DNA from: Pseudoalteromonas tetraodonis | GTDB lineage: Bacteria > Pseudomonadota > Gammaproteobacteria > Enterobacterales > Alteromonadaceae | Assembly: GCF_002310835.1 (NCBI RefSeq) | Contig: NZ_CP011042.1 | Coordinates: 570,001 to 602,000, forward strand | DNA length: 32,000 nucleotides | Direction of reading: 5' to 3' | Part shown: positions 8,021 to 19,900 of the stretch, piece by piece | Position numbering within the stretch: the first letter of the stretch is position 1 | Layout of the letters: every line of letters starts with the position of its first letter | The notes under the pieces: model-generated | What the model saw: only the letters and a program-made list of their open reading frames with translations | Database searches by the model: none | Told to the model about the DNA's origin: nothing | Translations under genes and position numbers: made by a program

Positions 8021-10538
8021 GCAAGACGAGCAAGTGTGTGTAGTAAAAGGCTGGCAAGCAGGCCCAGTGATTGACGAAAGTACTTTAAGTGATGATTTAA
8101 CACGACACTTTTATTACACCTTAGGGCGTGATGTGGTGGGCGAGTCACAGCTGTATTTGTATCATGCATTAGCACTGACGATCAGAGACCGGTTAGTGGC
8201 ACGCTGTAGGGAAACCAATCAACAAATAAAACAACAAAAACGCCGTAAAACAGCCTATTTATCGTTAGAGTTTTTAATGGGCAGAGCGCTGGGTAATGCA
8301 GTATTAAATTTAGATTTAGAATCACAAGTTACAAAGGCACTGCAAGCTTACTGTACTGAGCTTGAAAGTGTTGAACAAGCTGAGCATGATGCCGGTTTAG
8401 GCAATGGCGGCTTAGGGCGACTAGCGGCCTGTTTTTTAGATAGCTGTGCCAGTTTAGCGCTGCCAGTGGTCGGTTACGGTATTCGTTATGAATATGGCAT
8501 GTTTAATCAGTCAATAAAAGAGGGTAATCAGGTTGAGCAACCAGATAACTGGTTACGAGAAGGTCATCCTTGGGAATTGAGCGCACCGGAGCAAGCTAAA
8601 CGGGTTAAGTTTTCTGGTTATGTACAAAGCTACACCGATAAATTTGGCCGTGAGCATCGCCAATGGATCAGTTCTCAAGATGTATTAGCAGTGCCTTATG
8701 ATGTACCTATTCCGGGCTATAAAAATAATATTGTTAATACCCTTAGACTTTGGAAGTCTGAAGCAACGGACGAATTTAACTTAACAGAATTTAATGCTGG
8801 AAGTTATTCTGAAGCGGTAGCACAAAAAAATCTCGCTGAGCAAATAACCATGGTGTTGTACCCTAACGACAGCAGTGAAAATGGTAAAGAGCTGAGATTA
8901 CGTCAACAATACTTTTTATCATCGGCAAGTATTCAAGATGTACTTACACAATGGATTGAACAATACGGTAATGATTTTACTGAATTTGCTCAGCATCATG
9001 TGTTTCAGCTTAACGATACCCACCCAAGTATTGCGGTTGCCGAGCTTATGCGAATTTTAGTTGATGACCATGAACTGGATTGGGATCAGGCATGGAATAT
9101 CACCACCAAAACCATGGCTTACACAAATCATACTTTACTACCAGAGGCATTAGAGAAGTGGTCGGTATCGTTATTTGCTAAATTATTACCGCGTATTTTA
9201 GAGATTATTTATGAAATTAATGCCCGCTTTTTAGCCGAGGTGGCCATGCATTGGCCAGGTGATGTGCAAAAACAACGGGATTTATCATTAATTGAAGAAG
9301 GGGGCGAGCCGCAAATACGTATGGCCTTTTTAGCCATTGTCGGCAGCTATTCTGTTAATGGTGTGGCAGCACTACACACGCAGTTATTAACCGCGGGTTT
9401 GTTTAAAGATTTTTATGCGCTATGGCCTGATAAATTTAACAACAAAACCAATGGTGTTACTCCACGGCGCTGGCTTGCATACTGCAATCCGAGTTTAAGC
9501 CAGATCATTAGCGAAAAAATAGGCAAAGACTGGATAGGTGATTTTGCACAAATTAGCCAATTACGTCGTTACTACGATGACCCGCAGTTTCATATAAAGT
9601 GGCAGCAAGCAAAACAGCAAAACAAACAACGCTTAGTTGATTTAGTAAAACAAAGATGTGGCGTAGAGTTTGATATTAATATGCTATTTGATGTGCAGGT
9701 AAAACGTATTCACGAATATAAGCGCCAGTTACTTAACATTTTACACGTTATTCATTTATATGACCGCATACGCCGTGGCGACACACAAGGTATGGTGCCT
9801 CGTTGCGTTTTATTAGGTGGTAAAGCAGCACCGGGTTACATGATGGCTAAAAAAATCATTAAACTCATTAATAATGTTGCTGAGGTGATCAATAAAGACC
9901 CACAGGTATCTGCTTTTCTAAGAGTCGCGTTTTTACCTAATTATAATGTCACCGCCATGGAAAGCATTTGCCCTGCAACGGACTTATCGGAGCAAGTGTC
10001 AACAGCAGGCAAAGAGGCCTCAGGTACCGGCAACATGAAGTTTATGATGAATGGCGCGCTAACAATAGGCACCCTAGATGGCGCTAATATTGAAATACGT
10101 GACGCTGTTGGGGCTGAGAACTTCTTCTTATTTGGCGCACAAGCTGAGCACATTGACGACATAAAAGCGCATTATAACCCCAGTGAAATAATTGCGAATA
10201 ACCCTGATTTGAATAGTGTGATGCACTTACTCGAAAGTGGCCATTTCAATCTATTTGAACCTGGCTTATTTGACGATGTGATTAATGGCATTAAAGGTAA
10301 CAACGATCCTTGGTTAACCGCTCATGACTTTGCCAGCTATATAGCTGCGCAACGTGATGTTGATAAAGCCTATGCAGATCAAACCTACTGGACTCAAATG
10401 AGTATTTTAAATACTGCCGCCAGTGGCTCATTTTCTAGTGACAGAACAATTAGTCAATATTGTGATGATATATGGCATTTAACTCCACTAGATACCACAC
10501 ACCAAACAGTAAAAACAAACACTGACACTAACAGCTGA
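8007..10538 (+). CDS. glgP: Glycogen/maltodextrin phosphorylase (GT35, PLP-dependent)
   Basis: 843-aa ORF with [31 protein letters not shown], and [27 protein letters not shown] (PLP lysine motif). It overlaps the glgX stop. ATG 8013 is an equally plausible start. Confidence 0.95.
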   Translation: MIMTKQDEQVCVVKGWQAGPVIDESTLSDDLTRHFYYTLGRDVVGESQLYLYHALALTIRDRLVARCRETNQQIKQQKRRKTAYLSLEFLMGRALGNAVLNLDLESQVTKALQAYCTELESVEQAEHDAGLGNGGLGRLAACFLDSCASLALPVVGYGIRYEYGMFNQSIKEGNQVEQPDNWLREGHPWELSAPEQAKRVKFSGYVQSYTDKFGREHRQWISSQDVLAVPYDVPIPGYKNNIVNTLRLWKSEATDEFNLTEFNAGSYSEAVAQKNLAEQITMVLYPNDSSENGKELRLRQQYFLSSASIQDVLTQWIEQYGNDFTEFAQHHVFQLNDTHPSIAVAELMRILVDDHELDWDQAWNITTKTMAYTNHTLLPEALEKWSVSLFAKLLPRILEIIYEINARFLAEVAMHWPGDVQKQRDLSLIEEGGEPQIRMAFLAIVGSYSVNGVAALHTQLLTAGLFKDFYALWPDKFNNKTNGVTPRRWLAYCNPSLSQIISEKIGKDWIGDFAQISQLRRYYDDPQFHIKWQQAKQQNKQRLVDLVKQRCGVEFDINMLFDVQVKRIHEYKRQLLNILHVIHLYDRIRRGDTQGMVPRCVLLGGKAAPGYMMAKKIIKLINNVAEVINKDPQVSAFLRVAFLPNYNVTAMESICPATDLSEQVSTAGKEASGTGNMKFMMNGALTIGTLDGANIEIRDAVGAENFFLFGAQAEHIDDIKAHYNPSEIIANNPDLNSVMHLLESGHFNLFEPGLFDDVINGIKGNNDPWLTAHDFASYIAAQRDVDKAYADQTYWTQMSILNTAASGSFSSDRTISQYCDDIWHLTPLDTTHQTVKTNTDTNS

Positions 10539-10558
10539 CACTAAACGGAGAGAGTAAT

Positions 10559-11833
10559 ATGCCCAGTTATGCAAATCGTTATATAAGTAATTTAACCAGA
10601 GAAACCTACGCTTTAATTCTTGCCGGAGGTCGCGGTTCTCGCTTGCATGAGCTAACCGACTGGCGTGCTAAACCCGCCGTTTATTTTGGTGGTAAACATC
10701 GTATTATTGATTTTCCACTATCAAATTGCATTAACTCAGGTGTAAGACGTGTCGGAATTGCAACGCAATATAAATCACACTCACTGATTCGCCATGTAAA
10801 TCGTGCGTGGGGGCATTTTAAAAAGGAATTAGGTGAGTCAGTTGAAATATTACCTGCGTCACAGCGCCATGGTGATGAATGGTATTGCGGTACTGCCGAT
10901 GCGGTATTTCAAAATATGGATATCATTCGCCATGAGTTACCTAAATATGTGATGATTTTATCTGGCGACCATGTGTATCGTATGGATTATGGCGGGCTGT
11001 TGGCAAAGCATGTAGAAAATGGCGCCGACATGACGGTATGCTGTTTAGAAGTACCGGTTGAAGAAGCTGCGGGTACCTTTGGTGTGATGACGGTTGATGA
11101 AGAAAGTCGTGTACGTCGTTTTGACGAAAAACCTGCCGAGCCCAGCTCAGTGCCTGGTAAACCAGGCACCTGTTTAGCATCAATGGGAAATTATGTATTT
11201 AATACTGAGTTTTTATTTGAGCAGCTACAAAAAGATGCGCAAACAGAGGGCTCAGGGCGTGATTTTGGCCATGATATAATTCCTGCCATTATTGAAGAAC
11301 ATAATGTGTTTGCCTACCCGTTTAGAGATCCCGCACAAGTAGGACAACCCTATTGGCGCGATGTGGGAACTCTAGATTCGTTTTGGGAAGCAAATATGGA
11401 ACTAGTTATGCCGGAGCCTCAACTGGATTTGTACGATCCTACTTGGCCAATTTGGACTTACCAAGAGCAACTTCCTCCTGCCAAATTTATTTTTGATGAT
11501 GATGATCGCCGAGGGATGGCGGTTGACTCAACGGTGTCGGGTGGGTGTATTGTTTCCGGCTCGTTAGTGAGAAAATCATTATTATTTTCTAATGTACATA
11601 TTCGTTCATATTGTACCATTGAGGAGTCGGTTATTTTGCCCGGTGCTATTGTAAATCGAGGGTGTAAAATTAAGCGAGCAATTATAGATAGAAGCTGTGA
11701 GATCCCACCTGGATTAGAGATTGGTTTTGATCGTAAAACCGATGAAGCCAATGGATTTCGGGTATCAAAAAAAGGGATTGTATTGGTCACCCGCGATATG
11801 CTGATGAAGTTAGACAATAAGTCACATCGTTAA
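10559..11833 (+). CDS. glgC: Glucose-1-phosphate adenylyltransferase (ADP-glucose pyrophosphorylase)
   Basis: 424-aa ORF with [39 protein letters not shown] and a C-terminal left-handed beta-helix region. The SD GGAGAGAG lies upstream. Confidence 0.97.
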   Translation: MPSYANRYISNLTRETYALILAGGRGSRLHELTDWRAKPAVYFGGKHRIIDFPLSNCINSGVRRVGIATQYKSHSLIRHVNRAWGHFKKELGESVEILPASQRHGDEWYCGTADAVFQNMDIIRHELPKYVMILSGDHVYRMDYGGLLAKHVENGADMTVCCLEVPVEEAAGTFGVMTVDEESRVRRFDEKPAEPSSVPGKPGTCLASMGNYVFNTEFLFEQLQKDAQTEGSGRDFGHDIIPAIIEEHNVFAYPFRDPAQVGQPYWRDVGTLDSFWEANMELVMPEPQLDLYDPTWPIWTYQEQLPPAKFIFDDDDRRGMAVDSTVSGGCIVSGSLVRKSLLFSNVHIRSYCTIEESVILPGAIVNRGCKIKRAIIDRSCEIPPGLEIGFDRKTDEANGFRVSKKGIVLVTRDMLMKLDNKSHR

Positions 11834-11851
11834 TAAATAATAATTAAAAGA

Positions 11852-11869
11852 GCAAGGCGAAAGCCTTGC
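11852..11869 (+). other. Intercistronic stem-loop GCAAGGC-GAAA-GCCTTGC between glgC and glgA
   Basis: Perfect 7-bp GC-rich stem closed by a GNRA (GAAA) tetraloop, read directly. No U-tract follows, so it is not a canonical intrinsic terminator. Confidence 0.5.
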
Positions 11870-11891
11870 AGCAAACTATAAGAGTAAATTA

Positions 11892-13424
11892 ATGCATGTA
11901 TTAATGGTTGCTGCAGAGAATGATGCGTTACCTAATGCCAAAGTTGGTGGTGTTGCTGATGTTATTCGTGATGTACCAAAGGCGTTAGTGGCGCAGGGGC
12001 TGACGGTAGATGTGGTTATTCCTGATTATGGTTTTGAACTAGGTGAGCGCTGTTTTATTGGTGAAGTGAGTGTGGCATTTAAGTCAGAGACCCACGTTTT
12101 ATCTTTGTTTGAAATTCCACAGAATCAAAAAGGAGTGAGGCAAATAGTTATAAGTCATCCTCTTTTTAGTCAATCATTGAGTGTGTATTGTAACGACAAC
12201 GATAATAGACCATTTGCTACCGATGCAACCAAGTTTGCACTGTTTAATGCCGCTATTTGTGAAGCCCTGATACAGGGCGTATTAACACAACCCAACACAT
12301 TACATTTGCATGATTGGCACATTGCCTGTGTGGCCGTGTTACTTAAATTTAACCCTCGTTATGGCAAGCTTGCTAAGCTGCGCTTGGTATATACGGTGCA
12401 CAATTTAGCTTTGCAGGGAATTCGTCCTTTTAAAGGGGATGATTCCAGCTTAGAAGCATGGTTTCCCTCGTTAAGTTACGACGGGCAACGATTATGTGAC
12501 CCTCGTTATCCGCATTGCTTTAACCCTATGCGCAGTGCCATTAATTTAGCCGACAAAGTACATGTGGTTTCACCGAGTTATAGCCAAGAAGTGCAAATAG
12601 CAAGTAATGACGCCCACGGATTCTTTGGTGGCGAAGGACTTGAACGAGATTTACAACAAGCGGCTGAGCAAGGCAAATTAATTGGCATACTCAACGGCTG
12701 TGATTACGCAATTCAAGACGAACATGAAGCAACCTATAGTCAGCTATTAGAGCAAATAGAATCGACTTTGTTTAGTTGGATGGCAAAAAGCGCGCAATTA
12801 CACAGCAGCCACTACATTGCCCATCAGCGTGTTTTACAATTTATGGCGTGTGATAAGCAAGGGCCACTTGTAACAAGTGTAGGGCGGCTCACTGAGCAAA
12901 AAGTATTGTTACTTTGCCAGCAACAAAGCAAAGACCTGACTATTGATTCAGTGTGTCAGATCATTAATCAATTTAAGGGGCGTTTACTTGTACTTGGCTC
13001 AGGCGATAGTAAACTTGAACACCTTTTTACCTGCGCCATGGCACGTAATAACAACTTTTTGTTTTTAAAAGGCTATGGGCAAGGTGTTGGCGATTTAATG
13101 TATCAATTAGGTGATTTATTTTTAATGCCGAGTTCTTTTGAGCCCTGTGGGATTAGCCAGATGCTCGCAATGCGAGCCGGCCAACCTTGCTTAGTGCACA
13201 GTGTCGGAGGTTTAAAAGATACCGTAGAGCATAATGTCAGTGGATTTTGTTTTAACGGCGATACGCTAAGTACACAAGCTGATGCACTCTTGCAGAGTTT
13301 AACTGAGGCACTTAGCCTATATCAAACAAACCCTAAGCAATGGCAAGCAATAAAAAGGCGAGCTGCTGATGCACGATTTAGTTGGGATAGTGTGGTAACT
13401 GATTATATAACATACTTATATTAA
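11892..13424 (+). CDS. glgA: Glycogen synthase (ADP-glucose type, GT5)
   Basis: 510-aa ORF. N-terminal NAKVGGVADV is a K-x-G-G variant. The C-terminal PSSFEPCGISQMLAMRAGQPCLVHSVGGLKDTV matches the GT5 catalytic region. Confidence 0.92.
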   Translation: MHVLMVAAENDALPNAKVGGVADVIRDVPKALVAQGLTVDVVIPDYGFELGERCFIGEVSVAFKSETHVLSLFEIPQNQKGVRQIVISHPLFSQSLSVYCNDNDNRPFATDATKFALFNAAICEALIQGVLTQPNTLHLHDWHIACVAVLLKFNPRYGKLAKLRLVYTVHNLALQGIRPFKGDDSSLEAWFPSLSYDGQRLCDPRYPHCFNPMRSAINLADKVHVVSPSYSQEVQIASNDAHGFFGGEGLERDLQQAAEQGKLIGILNGCDYAIQDEHEATYSQLLEQIESTLFSWMAKSAQLHSSHYIAHQRVLQFMACDKQGPLVTSVGRLTEQKVLLLCQQQSKDLTIDSVCQIINQFKGRLLVLGSGDSKLEHLFTCAMARNNNFLFLKGYGQGVGDLMYQLGDLFLMPSSFEPCGISQMLAMRAGQPCLVHSVGGLKDTVEHNVSGFCFNGDTLSTQADALLQSLTEALSLYQTNPKQWQAIKRRAADARFSWDSVVTDYITYLY

Positions 13425-13507
13425 AAAATTTTATAAAGTTCAGTGACATCCGTTCTTATTTACGCTTTAATTACTTAGTCTGGTGGAAATAATATAAAGT
13501 AGGTAAT

Positions 13508-14722
13508 GTGTCTGTATTTGTGGCAAGGCAAGCAATACTAAATCGAAATCAAAATGTAGTTGCTTATGAACTGCTATTTCGCGATAGTCCTGAAAATTGC
13601 TTTCCTGGTGTATCTGATGGTCAAGCAACGGCGAGGCTTATCATGGAAAACCAGCTTAACCTAGGTACTCGTCACATTACCTCGGGTAAAAAAGCATTGA
13701 TCAATATTGGCCCTGAGTCGTTAAAACTTGATTTGTGTGATTTTTTACCTTGTAAAGATGTTGTCATTGAATTACTTGAAACCATAGAGCCCACCGACGA
13801 TACCTACGAGCTATGTCGCAAACTATTTCACAGTAACTACAAATTAGCCCTTGATGATTTTGTTTATACGCCGCAGTGGGAGCGCTTTTTAAAGCTGGTC
13901 AACTTAATTAAATTTGATATTCGCCTTACTCCACTTGCTGAAATTCCGCTGGTGGTTAATAAGCTTAAAAAGTACAAAAATATTAAACTACTAGCCGAAA
14001 AAATAGAAACCGATGAAGAATATAAATTGGCCCGTAAAATGGGCTTTGATTATTTTCAAGGTTATTATTTTGCGCGCCCAGTGATGATAGAACAAAAAGA
14101 TATTCACTATAATTACGGCCTAGTGATCGCCATTTACTCGGAAGTAATGAAGCCAGATCCTGATGTTAAAGTGATCACCGGTTTATTTGAGCTTGATGCG
14201 GCATTGGCCTACAAGTTACTGCGTTTATTAAATAGCGGTGTGTTTCCGCTACAAAGCCAAATTTCGTCATTAAAACAAGCGTTAGTTTACCTCGGCCAAG
14301 CGCGTTTAAAAAAGTTTGTTAGTTTAATTGTCACTGCCCATACAGCACGCTCTAAGCCTATAGAGCTCATGCAGATGTGCGTTATTCGCGCACGGTTTTG
14401 TGAATTAATAGCCGCTAAAGTTGCTAAGCAGGTTCAAGGTGAAGCATTTTTAACGGGGCTTTTTTCACTGCTCGATGCTATTTTAGACAAGCCAATGGAC
14501 TTGCTGGTTGATAAACTTCCATTCCCGGAAGATATAAAAGCAGCGTTAACTGGTGAAAAAAATAACTTATATTATATCCTTGAAACAGTCAAAGCCTACG
14601 AAACAGGAAGCTGGTGGGCGCTTGAGAAAGCGGTATTACTGATTAATTTAGACAGTGCTTTTTTACCAAAATTATACAAACAAGCGGTACAATGGGCCGA
14701 TAGCTATAAAGATAATATTTAG
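13508..14722 (+). CDS. EAL-domain plus HDOD-domain protein (COG3434-type putative c-di-GMP phosphodiesterase/effector)
   Basis: 404-aa ORF with a GTG start. EAL-domain landmarks are present in variant form: YELLFR in place of EALxR, then N in LINIG, ELLE, LALDDF, IKFD, AEKIE and QGYYFARP. The C-terminal half has the HDOD pattern (LDAALAYKLLRLLNSGVF...ISSLKQALVYLG). Confidence 0.85.
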   Translation: MSVFVARQAILNRNQNVVAYELLFRDSPENCFPGVSDGQATARLIMENQLNLGTRHITSGKKALINIGPESLKLDLCDFLPCKDVVIELLETIEPTDDTYELCRKLFHSNYKLALDDFVYTPQWERFLKLVNLIKFDIRLTPLAEIPLVVNKLKKYKNIKLLAEKIETDEEYKLARKMGFDYFQGYYFARPVMIEQKDIHYNYGLVIAIYSEVMKPDPDVKVITGLFELDAALAYKLLRLLNSGVFPLQSQISSLKQALVYLGQARLKKFVSLIVTAHTARSKPIELMQMCVIRARFCELIAAKVAKQVQGEAFLTGLFSLLDAILDKPMDLLVDKLPFPEDIKAALTGEKNNLYYILETVKAYETGSWWALEKAVLLINLDSAFLPKLYKQAVQWADSYKDNI

Positions 14723-14734
14723 GGAATTCATGCT

Positions 14735-15835
14735 TTGCGCAATTATAATATGGACTTTATAAGGGGCATAGCCGTACTTGGTCTGGTGTTTATTAACTGT
14801 TTTTCCTTCGCTATTTTCGAGCTTAATTATACGCCACTCACAACACCACCACCTAGCGATCAGTTTCTAAACATACTAAGCCTTATATTTTTTGAAGGTC
14901 GGTTTCGCACTTTATTCACTTTACTGTTTGGTGCGGGTCTTTATATTCAGTATCAGCGATACCAATGCACTGAGCCACTAAAAAAACGATTACATTGGCT
15001 AATTGTGTTTGGCTTAATACATGGTTTTTTATTGTGGGCGGGCGACATTTTGTTTTTGTATGGGGTGTCAGGTTTATTTATATTGCGCTATTTAGATTAC
15101 ACGAATGAAGAGCTTAAAAACAAAGCGGCGCTTTTTACTTTTATTTCTTTAATGACCATTGCCATATTTATGTTAGGACTTAATGAGACGCCCTTATACA
15201 GAGATTCCCCCGAGTACTACGAAATATACACTAGTTACTACCAAAGCATCGGTGCTCACTTTAGCCAAAATATAGCAATGAGCGCCTATATGTTGTTGGC
15301 TGTGCCTATTTTATTATTGTGGGCTAGTGCTGGGTTTATGCTAATTGGTATTTTGGCTTACAAATACGGTGTGTTTAGTAAAGGGCTTAGTAAGGCGCTG
15401 CTTATTAAGCTTATTCTATTAAGTGCGTTATTTATTAGCTTAAGGTTAATGTTAGTGCCATACAATCAAGGTATTGGTTATGCCTTACAAGAGCCTGTTA
15501 ATGAACTTGCTGCCTTATGTGTTGCACTGCTTTATATTCATTTAATCGTTAAACTTTGTGACAACAGCGCCCACATAGGGGGGCTTATCCAACAAGTTGG
15601 ACGCTTAGCGTTTACTTTATACATAAGCCAAACCATTATGCAGTTATTATTGTTTAAAGTGTTTTTTCCGCAGTGGACGCTTGGTTTTAATCGACTCGAT
15701 TATTGGCTGCTCGCCATTAGCTTAGTGATTGTACAGCTTATATTTACAGCTATTTATTGCCGGTATTTTAAGCAAGGCCCGCTTGAATACCTATGGCGTA
15801 AATTAGCGAAAATTAACCGCGAAAAAATAGCTTGA
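14735..15835 (+). CDS. DUF418 (YeiB-like) polytopic inner-membrane protein
   Basis: 366-aa ORF. The N-terminal DFIRGIAVLGLVFINC motif is typical of DUF418/YeiB, and there are multiple hydrophobic segments. The start is either TTG 14735 or the in-frame ATG 14750. Confidence 0.8.
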   Translation: MRNYNMDFIRGIAVLGLVFINCFSFAIFELNYTPLTTPPPSDQFLNILSLIFFEGRFRTLFTLLFGAGLYIQYQRYQCTEPLKKRLHWLIVFGLIHGFLLWAGDILFLYGVSGLFILRYLDYTNEELKNKAALFTFISLMTIAIFMLGLNETPLYRDSPEYYEIYTSYYQSIGAHFSQNIAMSAYMLLAVPILLLWASAGFMLIGILAYKYGVFSKGLSKALLIKLILLSALFISLRLMLVPYNQGIGYALQEPVNELAALCVALLYIHLIVKLCDNSAHIGGLIQQVGRLAFTLYISQTIMQLLLFKVFFPQWTLGFNRLDYWLLAISLVIVQLIFTAIYCRYFKQGPLEYLWRKLAKINREKIA

Positions 15836-15878
15836 GTAGTTTAAACTATGCGCCTTTATATTTAAGAAGATTTGCCTG

Positions 15879-16868
15879 ATGACAGACTTGAAGCGTTTAA
15901 ATAAATTTATTAGTGAAACCGGGTTTTGCTCTCGCCGCGAAGCCGATAAATATATTGAGCAAGGTCGTGTTACCGTTAATGGCGAATTACCAGAAATGGG
16001 TGTTAAAGTTGCCCAATCAGATGTAGTTTTGGTTGATGGTAAACCATTAAAAGCACCACCTAAACGTGTGTATATTGCTTATAATAAGCCTGTGGGCATT
16101 ACCTGTACCACAGAGCGTAAAATTCAAAGTAATATAGTTAAAGCCGTTAATTATCCTGAACGTATATTTCCGATTGGTCGTTTAGACAGACCCTCAGAAG
16201 GGCTGATTTTTTTAACCAATGAAGGCGATATCGTTAATAAAATCTTACGAGCTGGCAATAACCACGAAAAAGAATATGTGGTAACTGTAGACAAACCACT
16301 TAATCGTCAGTTTGTAAATAAAATGGCGAACGGTATTCCTATTTTAGATACCGTGACTAAAAAGTGTAAAGTTACTCAGACTGGTGCGCAGCAATTTAGC
16401 ATTATTTTAACCCAAGGTTTAAACCGTCAAATTCGCCGTATGTGTGAATACTTAGGTTACGAAGTGGTTACACTAAAACGTGTGCGTATTATGAACGTAA
16501 CTCTCAAAGGCTTAAAAGTAGGGCAGTGGCGACATTTAAGCGACGCTGAAATGGCGGTCATTAACGATTCAATTGCTGATTCAGGTAAAACGCAAGAACA
16601 CTCACTTTATGATGATACTGAACAGCGCAAGTACACTGAACAAGATAAAAATAGTGGCGCTAAATCTGCTCATAAGCGTGATTTTCAGGGCGGGAAACTA
16701 CGTCGTGAAAATAATGACGAGCAACAAAAGCACGCTAAAAAAAATAGTCGAAATACCCCTTACCAAAAACGCTCTACTACTTATGTGGGTAAATCAAATA
16801 CTCACAAAGCAAATACTGCCACAGGAAACAAAACCCGCAGCAGTGGCACGTTAAGCTTAAAAAAGTAA
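15879..16868 (+). CDS. rluF: 23S rRNA pseudouridine synthase, RluF-like (S4 domain plus RsuA/RluF catalytic domain), with a basic low-complexity C-terminal tail
   Basis: [29 protein letters not shown] (S4 domain), [20 protein letters not shown] (catalytic Asp motif), [11 protein letters not shown], and [17 protein letters not shown]. These are strongly RluF-like from memory of the E. coli sequence. Confidence 0.9.
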   Translation: MTDLKRLNKFISETGFCSRREADKYIEQGRVTVNGELPEMGVKVAQSDVVLVDGKPLKAPPKRVYIAYNKPVGITCTTERKIQSNIVKAVNYPERIFPIGRLDRPSEGLIFLTNEGDIVNKILRAGNNHEKEYVVTVDKPLNRQFVNKMANGIPILDTVTKKCKVTQTGAQQFSIILTQGLNRQIRRMCEYLGYEVVTLKRVRIMNVTLKGLKVGQWRHLSDAEMAVINDSIADSGKTQEHSLYDDTEQRKYTEQDKNSGAKSAHKRDFQGGKLRRENNDEQQKHAKKNSRNTPYQKRSTTYVGKSNTHKANTATGNKTRSSGTLSLKK

Positions 16869-16892
16869 TTAAGCTTGTGTAAAAAAGCAAAT

Positions 16893-16919
16893 AAAAACGC
16901 AGCCTTAGCTGCGTTTTTT
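16893..16919. terminator. Bidirectional rho-independent terminator between the convergent rluF and RND permease genes
   Basis: AAAAACGCAGC-CTTA-GCTGCGTTTTTT. The perfect stem is flanked by an A-run upstream and a T-run downstream, so it can terminate transcription in both directions. Confidence 0.85.
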
Positions 16920-16925
16920 GTTAGC

Positions 16926-19900
16926 CTACTGTTTGGGGTAATCAATCCTAAATACCACAGTGTATAAAACCGGCACTACAATTAGCGTAAGTATGGTGGC
17001 AAACCCTAAGCCAAACATAATGGTGACCGCCATCGACTGAAAAAATACATCGAATAGTAATGGGATCATGCCAAGTATTGTCGTGATAGCGGCCATGGCT
17101 ACAGGGCGCACACGGCTTACGCCTGAGTCAAACACTGCTTGATATGGCGATTTACCTTCACTCAGTTCTAAGTTTATTTGATCAACCAGTACAATGCCGT
17201 TTTTAATTAGCATGCCGCTTAAGCTTAATAAGCCCAGTAGCGCCATAAAGCTAAACGGCGCATTCATCACTAATAAGCCTGCACTAACACCAATAATAGC
17301 CAGCGGTACAGTTGCCCAAATAACCAAAGGTTTTTTCACTGAGTTAAACAGTAATACTGTTACTGCAAACATTGCTAAATAGCCCAGTGGTAACGAGCCA
17401 AAAATAGCCTTTTTCGCTTTGCTTGATGATTCGAACTCGCCGCCCCATTGCATTTCATAGCCACGGGGTAAATCAATTGCTTCAACCTCAGCGCGAACCC
17501 GAGCAAATAATTTTGCAGGCGTTTCATCACCCAAAACATCATGATCTGCCATCACAGTAATGGTGCGTTTACGATCGCGACGCATAATTAAGCTGTCTTC
17601 CCACTCAACAATAAATTCATCAACCACTTGGGTAACCGGCACAAACACGCGTAAAACAGGGCTATAAATTTGTAAATCGTGAACACTGTCTACATTTAAA
17701 CGCTCGCTTGCCGGTGAACGGGCAATAATAGGCAATAATTGCGTACCATCACGATACACACCCACTTGCTTACCCGACAGGCTCGTTAACAGAACTTGGT
17801 CAAGATCAAATTTGGTGATCCCCAAACGGCGCGCTTTTTGTTCATTAAATTGCGGACGAATCATTTTAGTGCGTGCACGCCAATCATCTCGAATGTTAAA
17901 GGCACCGTCGTCTTTAGCGATAATCTCTTTAGCCTGTGATGAAAGCTGTCTTAAAACAACCGGATCGGGGCCTGAGAACCGCGCTTCTATTTTGGCATCA
18001 GTTGAGGGGCCAATCTCCATTGGTTTTACTTTTAACTTTGCTGACAGTGGATGTTGCTTTGCGTAATCGCGCACTTTTTGCATGACTTTTGCGACGGCTT
18101 CACGATTGGTGACACGAATAATTAACTGTCCATAAGCAGGGTAGGATTTTTCAGGCGCGTAAGTCAGCATAAAACGCGGCGCACCTTGGCCAACCGTACT
18201 GGTGATTTCTGTGACCAGTTCATTCTTTTGTAAATAAGCTTCTAGCTGCTTAATGCCCTCAAGGGTTGCGCGAATATCAGCGCCTTGATCTTGCCAGTAA
18301 TCGACATAAAACATCGGGGTATTCGAGGCTGGAAAAAATGATTGCTTCACAGCACCAAACCCCACTACAGCGCTGCATAAAAGAGCAACCATAAGGACTA
18401 AGGTTGTTTTTCTAAAGCGCATAGCTAAATTTAATATCGCTTTATAACCATTGAATATGATGCCTTGGTAAGGGTCTTCATGCTCTTGATTATGTTCGTG
18501 TTTAAATTCGGTTTCTTTAAACATCAAGTGGGCAAAAAACGGCGTGAGCGTAATTGCGGTGATCCAGCTCAAGAGCAAAGAAATAAACAGCACCCAAAAT
18601 AAGCTACCAGCAAATTCACCACTGGCATCTGAGCTTAAACCAATCGGTGCGAAAGCGGTTATGGCAATAACTGTTGCGCCAAGTAGTGGCCACTTAGTTT
18701 GATCGACAATATTAACTGCCGCTTTAAGCTTTGTTTGTCCGCGCTTGAGGTTGATGAGAATACCTTCGGTCACAACAATGGCGTTATCGACCAGCATACC
18801 TAGTGCAATAATTAGCGCACCTAATGATATACGTTGTAAGTCAATCGCAAACAGTTTCATAAATATAAAGGTGCCTAATACGGTCAGTAATAATATACCG
18901 CCGATTAAAACCCCACTTTTAAAGCCCATAAAAATAAGTAGTACTACAATAACTATTGCAATGGCCTCTATTAAACTAACAATAAAGCCATCTACCGACT
19001 GCTCTACTTCTTTAGGTTGGTTATACACTGAGCTAATATCAATACCATGCGGGCGTTGATACTCAAGAGATGCTAAGTGCTCATCTATGTGTTTACCCAC
19101 ATCAACAACATTGACCCCAGACATAAACGACACACCAATAAGCAGAGCCTGTTGTTGATTGTAATGAATCACATTGGTCGGTACTTCAGCATATTCACGG
19201 TAAACCTTTGCAACATCGCCTAGATAAATGAGTTCGCTGGCACCTGATTTTGAAATTAATAAGGTTTCAAGTTCTTTTACATCTTTAAATTCACCAGTAG
19301 GGTGCAAGCGAATAGACTCATCACCCACGCGAATACGTCCAGCGTTAGATACGGTGTTTTGTGATTGCAGTAAATCATAAATATGACTAGGCGCAATACC
19401 AAGTTGGGCAAGCTTTTGCGTCGATACCTCAACCATTACTTGTGGCTGCTGTTGGCCCGCAATTGTAACTTTGCTCACTCCTTTGACTAAAACAAGTTCA
19501 CGTTTTAAATAATCAACATAGTCTTTTAATTCATCATACGAGTAGCCATCGCCCGTGACGGCAAACATAACGCCGTAAACATCGGCAAAATCATCAATCA
19601 CATTACTGGGGTAAACACCACTTGGCAGCGACGGGCTAAGGTCGTTTATTTTACGACGCATTTCATCCCATATTTGTCTAAGCTCTTGTTTACGATAGGT
19701 GCTTTTCATTTCTACGGTAATTTGTGATTTACCATTGGATGAAATAGAGGTGACATAATCAACATAGGGGAGCTGTTGAATGGCATTTTCAATCGGAAAT
19801 GTGACTTCTTCTTCGACTTGCTGTGGAGAGGCGCCCGGGTATAAAGTGATCACCATGGCTTTTTTTAAAGTGAATTCAGGGTCTTCCAGCTGGCCTAAAT

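Noticed and set aside
10522-10544. 10-bp direct repeat CTGACACTAA-CAG-CTGACACTAA spanning the glgP stop codon
   Set aside because: A short repeat with an expected chance occurrence of order one per window at such small offsets. I can assign no structural or functional context.
7660-11817. Antisense ORFs 7660-7884, 9941-10162, 10941-11183, 10987-11169 and 11458-11817
   Set aside because: All lie opposite glgX, glgP or glgC. Their products are Ser/Pro/Cys-rich and low-complexity, with no SD. This is typical shadow-ORF behaviour.
16573-16854. 93-aa alternative-frame ORF inside the 3' part of rluF
   Set aside because: It lies in the A-rich, Lys-rich tail region of rluF, where stop-free alternative frames arise easily. 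It has no SD and no recognisable motif.
17194-19059. Plus-strand ORFs 17194-17382, 17812-18066 and 18745-19059
   Set aside because: They are antisense shadows of the RND permease gene.
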